In this document: one piece after another, positions 58,621 through 64,000 of the stretch
Layout: each line of letters begins with the position of its first letter
Numbering within the stretch: the stretch's first letter is position 1
Source of the DNA: Alphaproteobacteria bacterium
Lineage (GTDB): Bacteria; Pseudomonadota; Alphaproteobacteria; JAREAF01
Assembly (NCBI GenBank): GCA_035620695.1
Contig: DASPGI010000126.1
Coordinates: 509-64,508, forward strand
Direction of reading: 5' to 3'
DNA: 64,000 nt
The notes under the pieces: model-generated
The model's input: the letters and a program-made list of their open reading frames with translations, nothing else
What the model was told of the DNA's origin: nothing
Database searches by the model: none
Translations under genes and position numbers: made by a program

Positions 58621-59195
58621 CGGCCGGCAACCCGTTCGGGCAGACCCGGATAGGCCTCGATCATCTCCTTCAACCAGGACCAGGCCTCGCGCTCGCGCGG
58701 CCCGGCGGTCTTCTCGATGGCGATCGCCAGGTAGGCGATCTCCCGCTCGATCTTCTCGCGGGGCAGGAGGGACAGGCGGCTGGCCAGGATCGCGGCTTCA
58801 ATGACAGAACCTTGCGCGCGATTGAATCCGTGAAAAGGCGCGCTGATCGCGGCATGCACGGTCCGGCAGAGGAGGCGAGGGCGCTCAGGGTGGTCGCGGA
58901 CCTCAGTCAACTCAACCTCCTCATGCGTGAGTGCGGCCTCGAGCACGGCGCCTTTGATCCGCTCCGCCGGTCGTGTCGGCCAATCGCGCCGGCGGCCCGT
59001 TATGCAGCCCGCGAAGATCCGGACATCGTCCGTGTAGTTCACCACCGCCTGCTTGCGGGCAAGAAGATTGTCGAGCGTGGAGGATGGTCGAAACGGGGCC
59101 ACGACGAGGCCTGTCGGCTCGACGATAACGCCGATCGGCGCAATGTGCGGAGCCCCGTTCGGATTTAGCGTGATGACGATGCTCTCGCGGATCAT
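58617..59195 (-). CDS. DUF447 family protein (flavin-reductase-like fold)
   Basis: E.IVIT......PHIAPIG, FNRAQ..VIEAAILASR and KTAG..E motifs. Confidence 0.85.
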   Translation of the reverse strand: MIRESIVITLNPNGAPHIAPIGVIVEPTGLVVAPFRPSSTLDNLLARKQAVVNYTDDVRIFAGCITGRRRDWPTRPAERIKGAVLEAALTHEEVELTEVRDHPERPRLLCRTVHAAISAPFHGFNRAQGSVIEAAILASRLSLLPREKIEREIAYLAIAIEKTAGPREREAWSWLKEMIEAYPGLPERVAGR

Positions 59196-60601
59196 TCTTC
59201 CTCGGGCTCCCGCGACCGGTCGCGCGCCAAGGTCGTTCCCGGCGCCGAAAATCGGTCCAACGCCTCCGCCGCGCGAGGCACGGCCACCCCCCAGTCAAGC
59301 TCCCTGTCCTGAACATAGCGCTTACCGAGTTGGAAAGCGATCTGCGCCCGCGCCAATTCCACCCCTAGATAGAAGGCATGCGAGGCATCCACCTCGCTCC
59401 GCAAGGTGGGAAAGAAAGCGAAAGGGTCGGTAGCGATCTGGTGGTGATCGCGATTGTAGAGATGGATCCCCGCCGCGCTCGCTTCGATCCGCCAATTGCG
59501 GTCGCTGATTTCATGCTGCAGCTCGGCGATCTCCTCGGGCGTGTTGGGGAAGGGCCGGCGCTCATGCAGCGCGATTAGCGCATCGGATATGTCCATCGGC
59601 GGCGCTTCGAGCTCGCGCGCGGCATGGAACAAACGACGCGCGGCGTCCGCCTCTTCGATCGCGCGGCGGCAATGCGGGCTCACCCGCACGACTAGGAGAT
59701 TGCGAATACGCAGCTCTGAGCAGATGCCGGAGAGCAGAGCAGTGACGCCTGCGGAATCGGCGTCCGTCAGCTCGGTCAGATTGCCGATGCCCATGAGTAT
59801 TTCGATCTCGGGATATTGCCCCCGCAGTTCTCGATACCGGAACAGGCTGTCGATGAACCCGGAATGGATCGGGTCGAGGACGGGATCGGCCAGGAAAGGT
59901 CGCCCGAGTTTCTGCATCGCGTCCACGGCGCGACAGAGCGAGTTCATCTCGCCGGGCTCGGCTGGGATCAGCACCGGCACCGCCTCGCCTTCTTCGGCGA
60001 TATCCAGGTTCCGTTCGGTCAGGCTGAACAGAAAGCCGGCTCCGGCCCGCTGGCCGCGCCGCAACTCCTCGGCATCGCCGGAATCGACGCTGACTTCGTG
60101 CCCCGCCCCGCGCAGCGCCTCGACCGCCTGCTCCAGGTGGGGAAAGGGCGTGCCCGGCAGGCAGCCGAGATCGATCACATCCGCTCCGGCCGCCCGATAT
60201 TCCGCCGCGATCGCCAGGATCCGATCCAGGCAGAGCTCGGGCGCCTCCACGATCTCGGCGAAGATGCGCATGTCGTGACGGCTCAGATCGGGCTGCGAGC
60301 CGGCCCTGCCGAAATGCCGCGGCAAATCCTTCAGATCGTCCGGCCCGCGCTCGAAGGTAGCGCCGAATTCGTCGGAAAGAGCCGTCAGGTCCACGCGCGA
60401 GCGACCCGGCAGAAGGACACGCGTGGCACCACCGAGATTTTTCAACCTTCGCCGGATGATCTCGGTAGTCATCAAGGCGGCGACCTTGACGCCGATCGGG
60501 CGTACCTCCCAATCGAATTCCTGGGGCGACAGGCCTTCGAGCGCGCGACGAAGCCGGCGTTCGGCCAGGCTGCCAGTCAGGAAAAGAATGCGCTCTGCCA
60601 T
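59192..60601 (-). CDS. Dihydropteroate synthase-related protein of H4MPT clusters (orf20-like)
   Basis: LFLTGSLAE, VAALMT, IFAEIV, DVIDLGC.PG, SVDS, ADPVLDP, GIGNLTEL and FYLGVEL motifs. Confidence 0.87.
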   Translation of the reverse strand: MAERILFLTGSLAERRLRRALEGLSPQEFDWEVRPIGVKVAALMTTEIIRRRLKNLGGATRVLLPGRSRVDLTALSDEFGATFERGPDDLKDLPRHFGRAGSQPDLSRHDMRIFAEIVEAPELCLDRILAIAAEYRAAGADVIDLGCLPGTPFPHLEQAVEALRGAGHEVSVDSGDAEELRRGQRAGAGFLFSLTERNLDIAEEGEAVPVLIPAEPGEMNSLCRAVDAMQKLGRPFLADPVLDPIHSGFIDSLFRYRELRGQYPEIEILMGIGNLTELTDADSAGVTALLSGICSELRIRNLLVVRVSPHCRRAIEEADAARRLFHAARELEAPPMDISDALIALHERRPFPNTPEEIAELQHEISDRNWRIEASAAGIHLYNRDHHQIATDPFAFFPTLRSEVDASHAFYLGVELARAQIAFQLGKRYVQDRELDWGVAVPRAAEALDRFSAPGTTLARDRSREPEEE

Positions 60602-60694
60602 GCGTTAGACCACTGCATCGGGCGCATCTTAATGAAGTACGGGCGGGCCACCAGCGAATACCGGGTTCGGACCCTCTCGGGCAGGGATGAATGT

Positions 60695-61327
60695 TCAGGC
60701 GGATCGGATCGGAAAGCCGAAATCACGACCCTGGGCCAGAGCTATCGCGGCAACGGCGTGCTGGGCGGCTGCGATGCAGGCCGCCTTGCCTCGGAACCGG
60801 GTCAGAAAGCTGGGAAACGCCGGGTCGACATAACCGGCCTTCGCGAGCATCGCGGCCCCGCGCGGTTGCGGAGGTGGTGTCGATTTCACTAGAACAAGGC
60901 GGCGCGCGCAGATCTCCTCTGCCAGCCAACAGGCGAGGCTGTCGGAAGTTACCTCCCAGCTTTCCGGCAGGTCCGGCCGACCCAGCGCCATGATGCTTGG
61001 GCGCCAGATGACCGCTTCCTTGCGGATCAACGCGCGCTCGATCGTGATCGGGGAGGAGGCCATGCTGAGGCGCGGCTCCATTCCGGCCATGGCGACGGCA
61101 AATTGCTCCATTGCCAAGAGCGCCATGCGATGCGCCGGGCCATCGCCGAAACCCAGCTTTCGCTGCGTCCGACGCACTTGCTCGGCGAAGGGACCGCCTC
61201 CCGGCACGATGACGATCGCCCGCCCGCCATGGTCGGCGGCGAGCCTCAGCCAGGGGCGAAGATGGTCGCCCTCGACAAGGCTGCCACCGATCTTCAAGAC
61301 GAGCGGCCGTGACGCCAACCGGTTCAA
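60695..61327 (-). CDS. Amino acid kinase family protein (MfnE/orf21-like)
   Basis: VLKIGGSL, VPGGGPFA, AHRMAL.AM, SWEVTSDS and VDPAF motifs. Confidence 0.85.
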   Translation of the reverse strand: MNRLASRPLVLKIGGSLVEGDHLRPWLRLAADHGGRAIVIVPGGGPFAEQVRRTQRKLGFGDGPAHRMALLAMEQFAVAMAGMEPRLSMASSPITIERALIRKEAVIWRPSIMALGRPDLPESWEVTSDSLACWLAEEICARRLVLVKSTPPPQPRGAAMLAKAGYVDPAFPSFLTRFRGKAACIAAAQHAVAAIALAQGRDFGFPIRSA

Positions 61328-61791
61328 GCCCGATCCGGCAAGGGCGGAAATGCGGCGGCTTCGTCGGCGGAAGCGTCGGACCGACGCCGCTCGATCTCGA
61401 CACCGACCCCGCCGGCCTCGACGATCACGTCCGGCTTTTCCACACGGACACGGACGATCACCACGCGCGGATCGGTCAGGCAGAGATTCGCCACCCGCTC
61501 GGCGAGGGTTTCGACCAGATTGATATGAGCCTCGCCTGCGATCGTCTTGATCCCAGTCACGAGATCGTCATAGGAAACGACTTTGGCGATGTCGTCCGAG
61601 AGGGCCGCACCCGGTTCGCGCGCGGTCACATCGACATTGATGCGCACCCGTTGCGGCGCGAGTTTTTCGTGATCGTAGACACCGATCGAGCAAGACAAGA
61701 CCAAATCCCGAATGAAGATCCGGTACACCCCCGGCTGCGCCTCGACGCGCTGATAAGGAATTTGGCCGGCCAGGATGCGTTCGATCGACAT
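61324..61791 (-). CDS. folB: Dihydroneopterin aldolase
   Basis: IGVYDHEK...QRVRINV, VSYD, LVETLAE and VEKP motifs; alternative start 61836. Confidence 0.9.
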   Translation of the reverse strand: MSIERILAGQIPYQRVEAQPGVYRIFIRDLVLSCSIGVYDHEKLAPQRVRINVDVTAREPGAALSDDIAKVVSYDDLVTGIKTIAGEAHINLVETLAERVANLCLTDPRVVIVRVRVEKPDVIVEAGGVGVEIERRRSDASADEAAAFPPLPDRA

Positions 61792-61920
61792 CGGTTCCAC
61801 CAGAATTTCGCCGAGGGGGAGCCCCGGCCATGTCAATAGTTGCGCTTCCGCGCGACGTCTGTCCTTTCCACGCCGCGAGGGGCTAGACTAGCACGAAGCC
61901 TGAAAGAGAGCGCCGGTGTC

Positions 61921-62367
61921 ATGATTCCGATCATCTGCAAGCCCGCGGAGGAGGACTGCTCCGGTTGGGGCTCGCTGTTCGAGCGCTATGCGGCGTTCTA
62001 TCGGATGCCGATGGACGAGGCCACGGCGGGACGGGTGTGGGGCTGGCTTCAGGACCCGCATCATCCGGTCATGGGCGTGATCGCCAAGACGCCTGACGGG
62101 CAAATTCTCGGTCTTGCGCATTATCGGCCGATGCCGAGCCCACTACAGGGAGCGGATATCTGCTTCCTCGACGATCTCTTCGTCATTCCCGAGGCTCGCG
62201 GCCAGCGTATCGGCGAGGCCTTGATCCAGGCGGTGGTGCAGGAGGCACGGGCGCGCGGCTGGCCGGCGGTTCGCTGGATCACCGCCGAGGACAATGATCG
62301 CGCCAGACGGCTTTATGACCGGGTCGCGAAGAAAACGCATTGGGTGACCTACGAGGTCAGAACATGA
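61921..62367 (+). CDS. GNAT family N-acetyltransferase
   Basis: LDDLFV.PEARGQRIG acetyl-CoA motif; WITAEDN..ARRLYD. Confidence 0.9.
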   Translation: MIPIICKPAEEDCSGWGSLFERYAAFYRMPMDEATAGRVWGWLQDPHHPVMGVIAKTPDGQILGLAHYRPMPSPLQGADICFLDDLFVIPEARGQRIGEALIQAVVQEARARGWPAVRWITAEDNDRARRLYDRVAKKTHWVTYEVRT

Positions 62368-62696
62368 GCAAGTTCCATCATGGCACTCTGGAAGAGATGC
62401 TGAAACAAACCGTCGGTCGGAATGAGGGCTGGGCGGTCGCCTTCAGCCACGGGACCTTGGAGCTTGGGCTCTATGCTCCGCGCGGAGAGGACCGGCAGAC
62501 GCCCCACGAGCAGGACGAGGTCTATGTGGTCATGCAGGGTCAGGGCGCCTTTGTGGTCGGCGACGAGCGGCACGAGTTCGGGCCCGGCGATACGCTGTTC
62601 GTCCCGGCGGGTCTTGCCCATCGTTTCGAGGAGTTCACGCCCGATCTTGCCGCCTGGGTGGTGTTCTACGGGCCCAAGGGTGGCGAGCGCGGGTGA
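62364..62696 (+). CDS. Cupin domain protein
   Basis: QTPHEQDEVYVV..G.G and GD.LFVPAG..HRF motifs. Confidence 0.88.
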   Translation: MSKFHHGTLEEMLKQTVGRNEGWAVAFSHGTLELGLYAPRGEDRQTPHEQDEVYVVMQGQGAFVVGDERHEFGPGDTLFVPAGLAHRFEEFTPDLAAWVVFYGPKGGERG

Positions 62697-62712
62697 GGGG
62701 GAAGGGTCCGGG

Positions 62713-63579
62713 ATGAATCTGCGCCTTCGCGAGCGCTTCGATTGGGGCGCCCGAACCTATGTCATGGGCATCTTGAACGTGACCCCCGATTCCTTCTCCG
62801 GCGACGGGCTGATCAGAGGCGAGAACTGGGTCGCCCGCGCGGTGGAGCAGGGGCTGGGCCACATCGCCGACGGGGCGCACATTCTCGATGTCGGGGGCGA
62901 AAGCACGCGGCCCGGCGCCACCCCGATCCCGGTCGAGGAGGAGATCCGCCGAGTGGTGCCGGTGATCGAGGGTCTTGTGCGGCATGCCGACGTGCCGATC
63001 TCGATCGACACCTCAAAGGCCGAGGTCGCGCAAGCGGCCCTCGATGCCGGTGCGGTCATGATCAACGATGTCTGGGGCCTCCGCCTGGACCCGGGCCTGG
63101 CGGCGCTTGCCGCGGAGAGGCGTTGCCCGGTCATCCTGATGCACAATCGCTCGCGCCCGCAGGATGCGCGGTTCGAGCAGCGGCTCGGCGGGCGTTATGT
63201 GGGCGCGCGCTATGAGAATTTGCTCGAGGACGTGGCGCGCGAGATGATGGAGTTGGCCGATGCCGCCATGCAGGCAGGGGTCGATCGCGGGCAGATCGTG
63301 TTGGATCCGGGCATCGGCTTCGGCAAGACCGTCGAGCAGAATCTGGAGCTGATCCGAAGTTTCGATCGTTTCAGGGCGCTCGGCTTTCCGCTCCTGTGCG
63401 GTCCCTCGCGCAAATCCTTCATCGGCTACACGCTGGATTTGCCGGCCGAGGAGAGGGTGGAGGGCACGGCCGCCGCGGTGGCGATCGCGATCGCGCGTGG
63501 AGCCGATATCGTCCGCGTCCACGACGTCAAGCCCATGGCGCGGGTGGCGCGGATGTGCGACGCGATTTTGCGCCGCTAG
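62713..63579 (+). CDS. folP: Dihydropteroate synthase
   Basis: MGILNVTPDSFSGDG, DVGGESTRPG, SIDTSK, LDPGIGFGK, GPSRKSF and RVHDV motifs. Confidence 0.95.
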   Translation: MNLRLRERFDWGARTYVMGILNVTPDSFSGDGLIRGENWVARAVEQGLGHIADGAHILDVGGESTRPGATPIPVEEEIRRVVPVIEGLVRHADVPISIDTSKAEVAQAALDAGAVMINDVWGLRLDPGLAALAAERRCPVILMHNRSRPQDARFEQRLGGRYVGARYENLLEDVAREMMELADAAMQAGVDRGQIVLDPGIGFGKTVEQNLELIRSFDRFRALGFPLLCGPSRKSFIGYTLDLPAEERVEGTAAAVAIAIARGADIVRVHDVKPMARVARMCDAILRR

Positions 63580-63603
63580 CCCTAGGCAGTCGGAACAGAG
63601 CAA

Positions 63604-64000
63604 ATGACCGAGCTCGTTCACGCTGTCGAGATTTCCTATCACGGCGCGCCGTTATCGCATCTTGCGCGATTCTCGCAGGAGCCCTATGCCGCCTTGCTTG
63701 ACAGCGCCAAAGTGGCGGACCGGTTTGGGCGATATTCTTTCCTTGCGGTCGATCCGTTCTCGGTGCTGGAGGCGAAGAACGGGCGCGTCACCATCGACGG
63801 CCGGAGTTTCGAGGGCGACCCGTTCGCCGTGCTGGCGGAGCGCTTGTCGGCCTATCCGTTGACCCATCGCGCCGGCCTGCCCCCCTTCCAGACCGGGGCG
63901 GTCGGCTTTCTTTCCTATGATCTCTGCCACCATCTGGAACGGCTCCCGCGACCGCGCGCGGACGATATGCGATTCCCCGATCTGGCGCTCGGATTCTATG
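63604..64000 (+). CDS. pabB: Aminodeoxychorismate synthase component I (3'-truncated by window edge)
   Basis: LLDSA...GRYSFLAVDP and PFQTGAVGFLSYDL; open to the window end; adjacent to folP (TrpE not fully excluded). Confidence 0.8.
   Translation, partial: MTELVHAVEISYHGAPLSHLARFSQEPYAALLDSAKVADRFGRYSFLAVDPFSVLEAKNGRVTIDGRSFEGDPFAVLAERLSAYPLTHRAGLPPFQTGAVGFLSYDLCHHLERLPRPRADDMRFPDLALGFY

Noticed and set aside
62689-62700. GCGGGTGAGGGG matching the REP unit end
   Set aside because: Contains the cupin stop codon and lacks the hairpins, so likely coincidental

Overview
GC-rich alphaproteobacterial chromosome segment with four parts. (1) 1-4061: the conserved hisD-UPF0262-arsC-infA-maf-rne/rng-yacG-tRNA-Phe(GAA) backbone. 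(2) 4062-20341: an accessory region made of three stacked integrative elements. They are delimited by the tRNA-Phe 3' end and three downstream copies of it (6577, 8199, 20315) and share GTGGGACAA-type arm motifs. Cargo is two HEPN-like ORFs around a secreted Cache protein, MmcB-like and integrase pseudogenes, DUF1330, hemerythrin, a peptide-type ABC transporter with two alpha/beta hydrolases, and a three-lipoprotein M48 operon. (3) 20365-43758: mixed metabolic genes (tandem GcvT-family demethylases, BesD-like 2OG dioxygenase, HBDH, K+ channel, ThrC-like, M20 hydrolase, RTX protein, SDRs, histidine kinase, hydantoinase, Cache-only membrane protein). Seven units of a ~57-bp double-hairpin REP-like repeat are interspersed here, and three of them enclose a DUF559 endonuclease gene. 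(4) 43977-64000: a near-complete tetrahydromethanopterin/methylofuran formaldehyde-oxidation cluster (fhcBADC, pcd, mptG, mtdB, orfY, mch, orf5, orf7, fae, HisA-like, orf9, mfnB-like, DUF447, DHPS-like, kinase) that runs into folB, GNAT, cupin, folP and pabB. All family calls come from motif recognition by eye; no database searches were run.
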